Assembly: GCA_951406725.2 (NCBI GenBank) | Contig: OX597822.1 | Span: forward strand, 49,290,001-49,354,000 | Source: Octopus vulgaris | Lineage: Eukaryota | Length of the DNA stretch: 64,000 nt | Reading direction: 5' to 3' | In this document: positions 41,836 to 56,439 of the stretch, in pieces | Layout of the letters: every line of letters begins with the position of its first letter | Numbering within the stretch: the stretch's first letter is position 1 | The notes under the pieces: generated by a model | Told to the model about the DNA's origin: nothing | The model's database searches: none | What the model saw: only the letters and a program-made list of their open reading frames with translations | Position numbers and translations under genes: made by a program

Positions 41836-42194
41836 CTACAAACGTAAACAGACTGTATATGAAAAGAAAGAATGGTGGCAGAGGACTGATTAGTATAGAC
41901 CTCTGTATAAGGAGTGAAGGGAGAACGCTTGCCGAGTATCTTATAAATAGTGACGAATATCTGCTGTAATATACCGGGACCCATATTATTATTATTGATA
42001 TTTTTAAATGCTATATGTAGAACGATGGTGGTAATGATAATCACCGTAGTTGTGGAGCCGATTCAATGCAAGCACGTTACTTATATATATATATACAACA
42101 ACAATTGAGGAACGGCCTCAATAGGCCATTCGACCCACTAGAAAGAGCAGCCAGGACTCAAACCGCCAAGTAGTAGTAATTCAGAAATTAAAGG

Positions 42195-42780
<586 letters not shown>

Positions 42781-42786
42781 CAACCA

Positions 42787-42822
<36 letters not shown>

Positions 42823-42980
42823 ATGTATGTACATACATGTGCACGTGTATATATACAAATAAAGAGGAGAAGAGAGAGATATAATCTCAATAACAACTCC
42901 CGTGGAAACCCTACGAACGACTCATGAAATCATGATGCAACACAAGGAAAGAATGAACCGCGAGAACGAAGCTATAGCCG

Positions 42981-43026
<46 letters not shown>

Positions 43027-43027
<1 letters not shown>

Positions 43028-43695
43028 GGCGGCAAGCGGGTAGAATCAATAGCACACCAGAGAAAATGCTTAACCACCAAAATATCTGGCTATGTGACTA
43101 TAGTAAAAAAGATTATTAGCAAGGCGGACAAAATGTTTAGCGGCATTTCTTGCGGCTTTACGTTCTGAGTTCAAATTGCCGTGCTTAACATTCGTGTTCG
43201 GTAAAATAAGTAACAGTTGAACGTAGGGGTCGATGTAATGAAGTAAAACCCACTCACAAAATTGCAGGACTTGTGACTTAAGTAGAAAGGATTATTATCA
43301 TGGTTATAAGGCAGCGAGCTGGCAGAATCGTTAGCATGCCGGGTAAAATGCTTAGTGGTATTTCGTCCGTCTTTACGTTCTGAGTCCAAATTCTGCAGAG
43401 GTCGATTTTGCCTTTCATACTTCGGGGTCGATAAAATAAGTACCAGTTGAGCACTGGGGTTGATGTAATCAACTAGTCCCTTTGCCATCAAATTTCAGGC
43501 CTCGTGCCTATAGCATAAAGAAAAGGAGGTGAGCTGGCAGAATCGTTAGCGTTGCGGACGCGCCAGTTTACCAGTTTATACGTTCTGAGTTCAATCCTTT
43601 GGGGTTGATAAGATTAGTACCAATCAAGAACTGGGGTCGACATCATCGAATTAACCCTTTCCTAAAAAGTGCCGGTCTTGCCAAAATTAGAAAGA
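43027..43695 (+). mobile_element. Head-to-tail cluster of about four SINE family D copies
   Basis: Repeated (GGC)AGAATC(G/A)(T/A)TAGC and TTTACGTTCTGAGT motifs near 43030, 43160, 43320 and 43535, after an (ATT)n run. Confidence 0.8.
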
Positions 43696-44324
43696 ATTAT
43701 AATTTATTTATGTATTTATTTAACTATTTTAATATTGGGTGCCACTGTGATTGGTCACCTACGACAAAGGTTTTAGTATATCCCATTGCCTGCCATTCAT
43801 GTTATTGACTTCATTAAGACGAAAGGCAAAGTTCACATTGGAGTATAGAGAGACTCATCGATTAGGCATATCCAACACAAGGTCTTCTTGCGCATTCTTG
43901 TTCAATGCACTGTCTCGACTATTACACACACACACACACACACGAAGAGAGACACACGAACACACATACATGTATATTTATATACATAACTACTTATATA
44001 TATATATATACACGCACACACACATGCATGCAAAATTATAAACATAGTTAATAAATACATATATACAAACACAGACTCATACACTATCACGATCTAAATA
44101 TATGGTCATTTTATTTATTATTATTTTTGCCAAATAAACACACGCACTATTTCCTTGTTTTTCTTTTGCTCGATTATTACTAGTATTTTATTATTTTAAC
44201 GACTGTTCATTTTAACAGGTGTTAAAATAATTAAATAACAGCAATAAACGAGAGAAGAACAAAAATAGTACGTCTGTTTATTTGGCAATAAATAAATAAA
44301 TGAAATGACCATCTTCAAATAGAC

Positions 44325-44420
<96 letters not shown>

Positions 44421-44593
44421 TATATATACATATATATACACATACATATATATACATACACATATATCTATATGCATGTGTGCGTGTGTGTGCACGTGCG
44501 CGTGTGCGTATCTGTGTGTATACATGCGTGCATAAACATATGTAGACATAAAAACATACTCTAAGAATCTGTGTATATATATATATATATGCA

Positions 44594-44660
<67 letters not shown>

Positions 44661-46142
44661 TTATATATACACACACATGTATACACATATACACACACAA
44701 GTGCGCAACCACAAACATAGCGTACACGCTCATCAAGATTCACACATTTTTGAAGAGTTTCTGTCTACTAAACACTTGACCGCCGGCACATTTCTTTCAA
44801 CAGTCGGAGAGTTGTTTTGTCTGCGGCTACAATCAACAGACAGATAATATAGCGAACATTGAAGGAAAATGGACAGCGGTAAACAAATGAAGCCCAGCGC
44901 TAATCTTACACTTAATAAAGTTCTAATCTTGTTGACCCTACCTAACAGAACGTCGACACCACACATTTCATCAATGTAAATATAACAGATAACAATACGA
45001 CAAAGTGCGTATCTGCATATATATATGTATATATGTATATATGTATATATCTATATATAAATATATATATATATATAAATGTGTGGGTGTGTATATGTAT
45101 GTATATACATATATATGTATATATATATCTATATTTTTATATATACATATATATACATATATCTCTCCCCGAACCCGCCCTGTAGTCTCCCGCCTCCCTT
45201 TTCCCCTCACTTACCACCCCACGACCCTACGTCTCCAACGCACCATTCTTCGAGCTTTCCGTCATCTCCAGTCCGACCCGTCCACTTCACACCTCTTCCC
45301 TAACCGACCCCTCCCCTCTTTCAAACGAGCCCACAACCTTCGAGACCTTTTGGTCCATAGCTCCTTCCCTGACCCTACCTCCCAACCCGGCTCGTTCCCC
45401 TGCTCCCGCCCACGTTGCCGCACTTGCCCTTACCTCTCCAACACCACCCGCCTCACTAGCACGCACCATCGACCCTATCCCATCATCCACTCCTTCACCT
45501 GCACCTCCAGCAATATTATCTATTGCATCTCTTGCTCTCTCTGCAATTCCTTGTACATCGGACAAACGGGACGCCGCTTGGCTGACCGGTTCGCGGAACA
45601 CCTTCGTGACATCCACCTTGCGAACGACACACCGGTCTCACGCCATTTCCGCTCCACCGGTCACTCCTTGCAACACCTATCTGTGTTCGGTTTGTCCTTA
45701 CACAGAGGCCATCCGGATTCCCGTTTGCGCCGTGAACAGGAATTAATCTTCTCTCTTCGCTCTTATACGCCATTTGGTCTCAACTCTCCCCCCTCCTCAT
45801 CTAACCCCCTCTCCCCCCTCCTCACCTATCCTTTCTCCCCCGACCCCTACTTCTTCAGTCCTTCATCCTTTCACCCCTACTCCCCTTCCCTTCTTCCCTC
45901 TTTCTCCCTCCCTCTTCCCCTTCCCTCTGCTCCCTCACTCCCTCTCTCCCCTTCTCTCTCCCCCTCTCCCTCTTTCCTCCTTCATCCCCCTCATCCCCTT
46001 CCTTCTCCCCATCCTCTCCTCTCCCCCTTCTCCTCCCCCTCTTCTCCCCCTCCCCTTCTCTCCCCCCTCTTCTCCCCCTCCCCTCCTCCTCTTCTCCTCA
46101 CTACACCACATGACTTTACACATCACATCACATATGATGTGC

Positions 46143-46480
46143 CATACTAATACACACACCAACTAATACATACTAATACGTACTAATACATACTAGTACA
46201 TACTAATACTTACACCAACCCTATACATACACACGTCCAGACCCCGCATACGCACTTATACTCTCTCTCACACACACACACACACCTATACATACCAATA
46301 CGTACTAATACATACTAATACATACTAATACATACACCAACCCCATACATACGCACGTCCAGACCAATCTTACGCACTAATACTCTCTCATACACACACA
46401 CACACACACACACCCTTATACATACTAATACATACACCAACCCTATACATACACACATCCAGACCCCTCCCACGCACTTT
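46143..46480 (+). repeat. Imperfect tandem repeat (three units) in the PLE 3' region
   Basis: Recurrent CATACTAATAC.TACACCAACCC.ATACATAC.CAC.TCCAGACC. Confidence 0.75.
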
Positions 46481-46650
46481 TAGCTGGTCCCTCAACCCAT
46501 TTATCAACCCTATTATCTCCCCTTATTTCGCTCTCGCGTCTCATGTTTGATCTTTGACCTCTGGCCGAAATCAGATCGCCATGTTGATTCGTTAGCTACT
46601 GCACGCATTTTTTTTCTCTCCTTCTTTCTGTGTTTTTCTCTCTCTGTGTA

Positions 46651-46688
46651 TCTTTCTGTTGAAGAGCGTAGGCTCGAAACGTTAAAGA
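46651..46688 (+). ncRNA. Hammerhead-like motif in 3' end of Neptune PLE (A6U core)
   Basis: TCTTT CTGTTGA A GAGC gtag GCTC GAAA CG TT AAAGA; a homologous GAGCGTAGGCTCGAAACGTAAAAG lies on the minus strand at 49411-49434. Confidence 0.5.
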
Positions 46689-47001
46689 CTTGTTTTATTT
46701 ATATTTCCTGAGCGCCATACTAATACAATTGTTCGTTTGTTTTCCACCTGCCTTCGTCTTTTGTTTATTTTCATAAAGCTTCCCGTTATATATATGTATA
46801 TATATATATGTATATATAAAAATATATATATTTAAATATAAATATATATAAATATATATATACATATATATGTATATATATATACATATACACACACACA
46901 CATTTATATATATATATTTATATATATATATATACATATATACATATATACATATATATATATTTATATATACATATATATATATGTGTGTGTGTGTAAT
47001 C

Positions 47002-47412
47002 AGGCGCAGGAGTGGCTGTGTGGTAAGTAGCTTGTCTACCAACCACATGGTTCCGGGTTCAGTCCCACTGCGTGGCACCTTGGGCAAGTGTCTTCTACTA
47101 TAGCCTCGGGCCGACCTAAGCCTTGTGAGTGGATTTGGTAGGCGGAAACTGAAAGAAGTCCGTCGTATATATGTATATATATGCGTGTGTGTGTTTGTGT
47201 GTCTGTGTTTGTCCCTTAGCATTGCTTGACAACCGATGCTGGTGTGTTTATGTCTCCGTTACTTAACGGTTCGGCAAAAACAGACCGATAGAATAAGTAC
47301 TGGGCTTACAAAAGTATAAGTCCCGGGGTCGAGTTGCTCGATTAAAGGTGGTTCTCCAGCGTGGCCGCAGTCAAATGACTGAAACAAGTAAATGAGTAAA
47401 TGAGAATGAGTA
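47002..47412 (+). mobile_element. SINE family A, full length
   Basis: Family consensus end to end. Confidence 0.92.
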
Positions 47413-47589
47413 AATATGTATGCATATATGCGTATGTATGTGTCTTTACGTATGTGCGTGTCTATGCAAGCATTTGTGTAGGTACATACAAGTATATATA
47501 TGTATGTTTATATATGTATATATATGTATATACGTACGTTATGTTCGATGAAAGAGAGAGTAATTTTGGAGTCAGGCGATGGCGGTGCC

Positions 47590-48002
47590 TCAGGAATACC
47601 ATGCGGTCATGGGTTCAGTCCCACTACGTAGCACCTTGGGCAGGTGTCTTCTAGTATAGGCTCGAGCCGACCAAAGCCTTGTGAGTGGATTTGGTATACG
47701 GAAACTGGAAGAAGCCCGTCGTATATATATATATTATATATATATGTATATATACAAATTGAGATAGGGGTTATATATAAGTATGTGTGTATGTGTTTGT
47801 GTGTCTGTCTTTGTCTCCCAACTTTGCTTGACAACCGATGCTGGTGTGTTTATGTCCCTGTAACTTAGCGGTTCGTCAAAAGAGAACGATAGAATAAGTA
47901 CTAGGCTTACAAAGAATAAACTCTGGGGTAGATTTTCTCGACACAAGGCGGTGCTCCAGCGTGGCCGAAGTCAAATGACTGAAACAAGTAAAAGATAAAA
48001 GA
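47590..48002 (+). mobile_element. SINE family A
   Basis: Second nearby copy with a diverged head. Confidence 0.85.
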
Positions 48003-48338
48003 ATGTGTATATGTGTAAAGATGTAAATGCATTTTTCGCTGTATAATGTATTGGTTATTCTTTGCATCTGTTATTATTATTATTGGTCTTATATAAAAAT
48101 GCAGATGTACCCTTTAATTTATACGCAAACCAAGAAGGTATCTTGCGGAACAGTCGTTATTTTAATGGGATACGTCTTGTAGTCACTGGAAGAGATACAT
48201 CTACACTATTGGATACACCTCAACCAATTGTGAAGTATCTTACTCGTAAGGGATCGATGGTAGATGGGTTGAAACAATTGTAGTGATTAATAAACATTCT
48301 CGTCATACATCTCATTTCTCTCATTATTCAAATGTGTG

Positions 48339-48377
<39 letters not shown>

Positions 48378-48406
48378 TGTAAATATATGTATATCTATAT
48401 GTATAT

Positions 48407-48694
48407 GTGGAGGCGCAATTGCCCAGTGGTTACGGTAGCGGACTCGCGGTTGTAGGATCGCAGTTTCGATTCCCAGACCGGGCGTTGTGAGTGTTTATTG
48501 AGTGAAAACACCTAAAACTCCACGAGGCTCCGGCAGGGGGTGGCGGCGATCCCTGCAGTACTCTTTCGCCACAACTTTCTCTCAGTCTTTCTTCTGTTGG
48601 CCTTCTCGCTTAGCCAGCGGAGTGACGTCATTTGAAGGGTAAAACAATGCAAAGCGCATTGTGACCAACGATGTGTAGCAACATCCGATAGCCT
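48407..48694 (+). mobile_element. SINE family B, alternative 3' end
   Basis: Head nearly identical to the 3905 copy through CACAACTTTCTCTCA; different tail. Confidence 0.85.
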
Positions 48695-48707
48695 GTATAT
48701 ATGCATG

Positions 48708-48748
<41 letters not shown>

Positions 48749-48830
48749 CAAAGTAAAGTTGTAAGGTACCACACAAGTGAAAATATATATAAAAGAAGGT
48801 TTGAAAACGCAATTTTAAAGATGTTTATTG

Positions 48831-48872
48831 ACTTTACCGGTTTCACTTTGTAAGAAGAAGGTTGTCAAAAGT
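48831..48872 (-). ncRNA. Hammerhead-like motif with U3:A8 core
   Basis: Minus strand: ACTT TTGACAA C CTT cttcttaca AAG T GAAA CCGG TA AAGT. Confidence 0.5.
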
Positions 48873-50179
48873 AAAATGTAAAGCTTTGTATAAGCTTTGT
48901 TTTGTTAAGTACTGGTTGTCACAAAAGTATTAAAATACAGTTATACATTCTTTGATAATAATAATAAGGAAATGTTAAAAACAGTTTACAGCATTTAAGA
49001 AAGTATTCATAACGGGACTGCAAAAAGTATTATGAGTTCAATAAAGATCATATTTGTTTGGTAATATATATATACACAGAAGGAGATATATTTAAGAATT
49101 TACAAAAAATTGGAGAGGAATTGGCCTGTCTTTCTTACATTTACACGCAGTGTAAATTACGGGCAAAGTCAAGACTATTGAAAAGGTTGCAAGACGCAAC
49201 GAAAATTTTTGGACGCAACGAAATTTTAGGAAAATAAAAATAAGAAATAAGTGGAAATTTTACCGGTGAGTGTGTTACATTATAAGGCACAAAAAGAAAA
49301 TGACTCTCCCCAGACATATATATGTACACACAGAGGCAGATAAAAAAACGAAGACTGGTGTATGAACAACAAGCTGGCGTGTTAGTCTGACGCTCGGAAA
49401 GTGAAAAAGTCTTTTACGTTTCGAGCCTACGCTCATACAAGGAATAAAAGCAAATAAACAGAGAGAGAATAAAAACACTTGAAGATTTAGTGATCAGGTA
49501 CGGTGGCTTGATGTATATATATACATATATACAAAGACACTCACCTATATATACACATATATACACATACATATGTATGTGTGTATACATTATTGAGGAG
49601 TGAGAGCGCATAAGGAGGAGAGAGAAGGAATGTGAGAGGGAAAGTGAGAAAAATATCAGTTCCAAGGCTAATTCTGTCAAGAATTATTGCTATACATAAT
49701 TTAATATACCTCTCGAGACAGATATTAATAGTTTATTTCAAAATTCATTTATCACACATTTTGTAGGGTGATTGTAATCTATCCGCCATATTAATTGACA
49801 TAACACCTTCCTAGACTTTAGGGAGAAATAATTTCGTTGCACCTTTGTGAGAGGCCTTTTTCTGTCTGCTTACTGTAGTTTTGAAATATGATTAATTTAC
49901 AATTCTCACCCTACATGGGAACAAGAACGTTTACGATGTGCGGTTGACTAACAAGAAATAAGATTCAGTAGATTTTAACGTTCAGTGAAGACCTATCCTA
50001 AATTATGGAAATATATGGAATGGCTCTTATTTCACACTGCCATCCAAGGCACCGGTGTTTCTAGTTGGCTCGGTCAGGGGCTTTTGCTTGTTGCAAATAT
50101 TTTAGTGGCGATTATACTCACATGCATATATTACAACATACGCTTATATACATGTGCATATACAGATACACACATACAC

Positions 50180-50227
<48 letters not shown>

Positions 50228-51285
50228 CCCTGTACTGTACATACACACACATACATTTACACACAAACATACACATAATCGTAGATACACATACACAAAC
50301 ATATACGCAACAACATACTCAAACGCATAGATACACACACACACTTTCACCTGCTCCACCGTATAAATCTCCATGTGTATTTACAAATTTACAGATATAT
50401 ATATTCTTTTATTCTTTTACTTGCTTCAATCATTTGACTGTGACAATGCTGTAGCACCACATTATATATAAGTGTGTGTGTGTGTGTGTGTATGTATACG
50501 TGTATATTATGTATATATATATGTGTGTGTGTGTGTGTATATATATATACATCACTACATACGCTTATATATCCATATATAGAGATACATATATACGCAC
50601 ACACTCACCTGCTCCCACTATGTACCTACATGCCCTTGCACTTATCCCTCTACATCTCACAGATGTGTATATACACACATATATATGCACATAACATCAC
50701 ACATGCATGTAAGCATTTATGTGTGCACACTCATCCATACCTATATCCAAGTTTAGTTGAACATATGGACCAGTTCCAATGGAGTATTCCAGTTGACATG
50801 TCTGGACAAACTAGGCAATTTAATGAAACAATAAAACATGACATAAAGCAATATTATTACAGCAATAATTTCATGCATTATCGTATGTGCTAATCAACTG
50901 GTCTGTTCACGCAATTGGTTCGAAGGGTAATCCATCGTTATATGTTCCTGTGTAGTCCATCTGCATTTTTCTTGCAACATATAGTCCATGGAAAGCCAAG
51001 TGGCCTGTATAGTGATATCCAGTGTTGTTGGTCGTAGATGATTGTGTGTTCATCGTTTAGAAATCAGTATGTAAGGACAGACGCAAGTGTATGCTGGACA
51101 GTGAACAAATAGTTACCATACAACATAGTAGACCCGTGAAGTATCTCAGCAGTTTGTATCGCAAATGTGTGTCCCAGGGGTAAGTTTAGGTTCACTACTT
51201 GGAAATCTCTGTAATCCGTAGATGCTAATCAAGCCAGTGACTATATCCTAAATTGTACTTATTATAATGGACAAATATGCATTTC

Positions 51286-51570
51286 CTAGCATGCATGGAC
51301 CTTACTATTCCTTATGAGATTTAATTTACGATCCGTTGTCTTGTTAACAACGATTTCTCTGAAAATAGTCCGCATCTCCTGGAAAAGGGCATTGTATGGT
51401 TGCGCGTGTTTCATTATGGAACAAATAAGGTCATATTTAATCTTATCAGATTTGAGTTGCCCCGAAAAATCCGCCAAGGATTTTGAGTGCCTTTTGTTGA
51501 CTTTGTTAAAGTTAGAGATATGATTTCGACTTCGGCTTTTGAACGAATCAGCTATTGTATCTACGCATTT
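51286..51570 (-). pseudogene. PLE GIY-YIG C-terminal fragment
   Basis: FKSRSRNHISNF...HSKSLADF..QLKSDKIKYDLICSIMKHAQPY resembles the FKxRxxNHxxSF...TxLSxHIWxLK...YxIxWxIxxxAxPY signature of PLE endonuclease ends. Confidence 0.7.
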
Positions 51571-52032
51571 TTTGTCCCTCAATTTACGAAAAGAATCGCA
51601 AATTGAAAAGTCGGACACACCCGTAGAAATACATGCTAGTAAAGACATGCCAAAATTCTTTAGAATCAGTGTTAGGGTATATGTATGAATGCAGAAAAAT
51701 AGCAAATAATACTTGGAAGAAGGAGAAATTGTAACATATAAGGAAGAATGATGTATGATGTAAGAAGCGGAAATGGAATGGAAAGGAGACATAGAAGTCA
51801 GCTTAAGGAAAGAGTCATTGAAAAGGAACCAACAAGGGTAGAAATATCGATGGATTGGCTGTATGACACTACGCTACAAAGAAAAGGAAAAACACTGAAT
51901 TCCTAAAACTAGATCCTAAGAAGAAAAGATATTGAGTATATATATATATGTAATCTTATTTTTATAGAACTATCCCTAACGTTTCAGGAGTGTAACATCA
52001 CCCCCTTAGATGTTTGGAGAACTCAGATATTT

Positions 52033-52121
52033 TTTCGGCTGATGAGTACGGGTTACTTATATTTACTGCAATATTTGCAGCCTTAATAAAGCTGTCTTCG
52101 TACGAAACAATTGTACCGAAA
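52033..52121 (+). ncRNA. Type I hammerhead ribozyme, canonical core
   Basis: Stem I TTTCGG/CCGAAA; core CTGATGA; stem II GTACG...CGTAC with long insert; GAAA; palindromic stem III ACAATTGT; GUA cleavage triplet. Confidence 0.8.
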
Positions 52122-52763
52122 TATTGATCCATTCTTGTTGCTTTATATATATATATATTTATATATATATATATAAGGTGAATAAAATAATTTGACTGTT
52201 AAGTAAAATAATCTAAAAGTGGAGATGTTGTATAGTGAAACTGTACACCACTTCTGATAAAAAGCGGTAGTACCCAGCCATTATAAATAGACCAGTAACC
52301 GGTCAACAGAAGAAGGTCGGAAGGTCCAGAGTACGAGTAGAGTGTGTTGATAGTTGTGTCTGTGCTGATATAGTAATTATACTATGATACTGAGTAGAGG
52401 TTATACCGATCCAGCCTTTTGAGGAAAATAACACTGTACGGCTGTGGTTCGTACAATGCCAGATAGAATATTTTATGGACAACTTAGTAATATAACAATA
52501 TATGTCTGAGTGACAACCGTTGTTAAAAGGTAGATACAACAGTAGCAAAAGAGCGCTTTACAAAAAAACCGTTGCGCAATATTTACAGAAGCTGTGACCG
52601 AGCAAAGTCTTCTAGCCATACTATCATAACTTGTGTGTATCAGCAAATATTTTGTGTGTAGGTGTGAGCGTTTCGTAATTTTGTTGAGTTGAACATTCAT
52701 CCCTTTTCTATAAATAATTTGTATTTCAATGATCTCAATTCTCATAACAAGCACATGTATATA

Positions 52764-52858
<95 letters not shown>

Positions 52859-53299
52859 CGAGTATATATAAGTAGCAGGCCTATAATATCCATAGGCTGT
52901 CAGATACAGGTTGAACACGATGCTGTTGGTTTTCCTTTCAAAGTACAAGAAAAACGAGTAGAAACAAGATTCAAAGGGACCGATGTTCTGGAGAGGCGGT
53001 ACTAAGAACAGTCGTTACCTTAGGGCCAATGAGTTGGACGATACAGGGGAGTCGGCACGTGGGGAGGTGTGGTTGATATACCTGAATGCTGAAGATATAA
53101 GACCAGCCAACGCCGAGATTGTATGCTATTGTCTGATGCTTGAATGTGTTTGTTTATGACAATCAACCACATGGTTCTTCTCTAAATGTACTTCAACGTG
53201 TTCGTACGCAACAGTAGCATAGTCCCAGGTCCTTACTTTTCTTAGAGTGTCTAATACTTGTGCATCTATATGTCTGTGAGCTTGGCAGTTTTTCTAGAC

Positions 53300-54760
53300 A
53301 AATTCATTATTAAGTATTTGTATGTGATAAATATGTATGTTTTGAAGAGTTTTAGACACGCCTACTCGATCTCGCGTGTGTCTCTTCAAAATCTAATTTT
53401 CAAAGTTAATTGTTGTGAAATGATTGTTGTTCGTGCATTCTGCTGAAAGTCGCAATGGGACTTGGGAATAATTTGATAAGTGATAAAATAATCAACGCTG
53501 GGTTTGAGATTCTATAAAAGCGAGTCCTTGTAGATTTCGTGGCATCATGACAAGCACTTAAATAAGCTTCCATAGTTATTCTTATTGTTTTATGGATTTT
53601 TGACCAAATTGCTGTCAACAATCCAATAATATATTGTATACTCTATTATGATCGTTTATTGGCCCTTTGAAGTTCATATCTTTCATGTTTACATTGGAAT
53701 ATTTTATATTACATTGGTTTTCCGAAGTACGTTGCCTTGTGCGTGGTTTTGTATTAAGTCGGTGATTCTTCGTTCTGTGATTATTGTAATATATTCGAAC
53801 TTGTAGTTAGTGGTAAGTTGTGGTATAGATTGTACTCTGCTATAAGATTTTGTAAAATTATATGCTCCAGTTGCTTGTAGTATATAAAATGTGTTGATTA
53901 TGTATTTATAGTGAGTGTTGTATATGAATGCAGAGAGTTCTGACGTCCAAATATTCATTATTCGACCGTAATATTCTTTAGTGACACCACATGTTTTGTT
54001 ACAGGTGCCATTGTAAGATATGTTTTCATCCTCCCCTAGAAACCTGTAACATTCCTCGTGAGTCAAATCATTGATGGAGATGTTGCTAGTCTGGTTCATA
54101 GTTCTCCTCTTTTACACAACCATATCACAATAATTATCCTGACCAATCTCCAACAATACATCCCTTGCTTGAGAATGATGTAACTAGGTCAAGGCTCTTT
54201 TTCATCTCATGCGTATCCTTTGCATAAAGTTTCAAGTCATCCACAAAGAAACAGTGTGTAATTTTGGTATTTCTGTATCCTTGGAAACTGGTGAGATATC
54301 CTTCAGACTTTCTCATCTCGGAGCTTTCTACTAACATATCTATGCATAGACCTCTGCTCATATAGGTTCATCCTTTCATCTGAAGATACGTTGCGGTAGA
54401 GCCACGTGACTTCTTTGGACATGTATTCTAGTTTATCAGACAAGGAATGTTGCCTTCCAAGTCTTATGATGTTATCAGCCTCATGTCTGCAAACTTGGTC
54501 AAGGGATGCACTGCGACACATGTTGGTTAAAAGATGTTGTCAAAGGAATATGATACAACATTCAAAGGCATTTTGGATCGATGTTAAGCCGGTGAAAGCT
54601 TTACGTTTTAGGTTCAGGCTGTCTACATCACTGTTTATTTGAAATATGTGTGCTTGTTAGTATTTTTCGGATTTTCACATGAATGGCTCGGATATCACCA
54701 AGCGTCCAATCAAGCTGCCCAAATGTTGGTATGAGTAGTGGCACTGCAAACACATCGTGA
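53300..54760 (-). pseudogene. R4/Dong-clade non-LTR retrotransposon RT fragment
   Basis: KITHCFFVDDLKLYAKD (RT core), YRFLGEDENISYNG...KEYYGRIMNIWTSELSA; frameshifted. Confidence 0.75.
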
Positions 54761-55291
54761 GCAGTGTTCAGCTGTAGAGATTAGCTACCCAACGGATGTT
54801 CACATAAAGTTAATGATCAGTGAAAAAATAATATCTACGCTGAACTATTGAGAAATATGTAGTTACTCTATCCAGATTACAAGTTCAGGTTTATATCTGT
54901 ATTTGTTAGGGCCCTGGGATATGTAACACCCTGCCTAAATACCAATCTTGAGAATTGAGGCTTCTCAAAATCAGAAAGGAGAAAGCTAATTCGAAGACTA
55001 CAAATCCAATCCATCACTGGAATTGTAAGAATCTGTAAGACGTTCCAGAAGTTTATCGCTTAAATATATATGAGCATGTCTAGATACGCAATTATAAGCA
55101 TGAGAATACATACATAAAACAAAACATACAAATCTGCACATGTACATACTTACATACATACAAACAAAAATAATCTGTTGTTGATGTTCAAATTCCACTG
55201 GAGGAGTCTTCGATCTAGGTTAGAAACCGGCTCTTTTTCTATTGGCAAGAAATCTTGAAATAAAACTGAACAAGGACATAGATACATGTAT

Positions 55292-55329
<38 letters not shown>

Positions 55330-55354
55330 GTACACACACACACACTCACACATA

Positions 55355-55412
<58 letters not shown>

Positions 55413-56203
55413 TCTCATATCTCTTGACTTTCCTTATATTCTCTCTCTCACTCATTATGTATCAATATATCTGAGATTCAGATGAATTAGGTACTTCACT
55501 TGAGGCACCAAAAATTAATGCGGTATTATCCGTACAACTCAAAATAAGGTGAATAAAATCAAAATAAGTAACAGGATATCCAGATGATATCCTGTTGCTT
55601 CTTTCGATTTTATATATGTATGTATTTACACACATGTATATGCATGTATATATTTATAAACAAGCACACATATAAACACATGCACATGTGGATACATTTA
55701 CATATGTATATGTATGAAAATATTTGAAAATCTAGGAGATTGTAGTTTCATGAAAATTAGCTAAAAGTAACAATTTGAAAATAAAATATATAGCAGTAAA
55801 TCCATAACACTCATGTCTCGTAAACTTTATGATTCAAAAGGAAAACACACTTATAAAAACGACTTAAGAGTCTGAAATGATTAAATTTCTTATGTAAACT
55901 GATATAACAAATAGTAAGTTACTTGGAAAAATCTCTGAATTAAATGTATCAACGTTTAAATATATTTTGTTTGTTAGATTTTGTAATTTACTGATTTTGT
56001 GATGACACTAAACGAAGCAGAGTTCATTTTGAAAGGTTAGTTATGTATATTACGTTTGAGAATTACAGATCGGATCGTGTGTGATAACTAATGTTATATG
56101 AATGACAATCATAGAGGGTATATTCACACATATTCATATGCATTCCCTCATTCACTTATACGCGCGCGCACACACACACACATAATATTTTATGTTTTAT
56201 TAA

Positions 56204-56326
<123 letters not shown>

Positions 56327-56330
56327 CATA

Positions 56331-56439
<109 letters not shown>

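Larger units (their letters stand above)
45165..46790 (+). mobile_element. 5'-truncated Neptune-type Penelope-like element (thumb/linker + GIY-YIG, long 3' region)
   Basis: PFPLTYHP...KRAHNLRDLLVHS...CSRPRCRTC...NIIYCISCSLCNSLYIGQTGRRLADRFAEH...PFGLN in ORF 45005..46150; flanked by (TA)n; hammerhead-like motif at 46651-46688. Confidence 0.9.
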
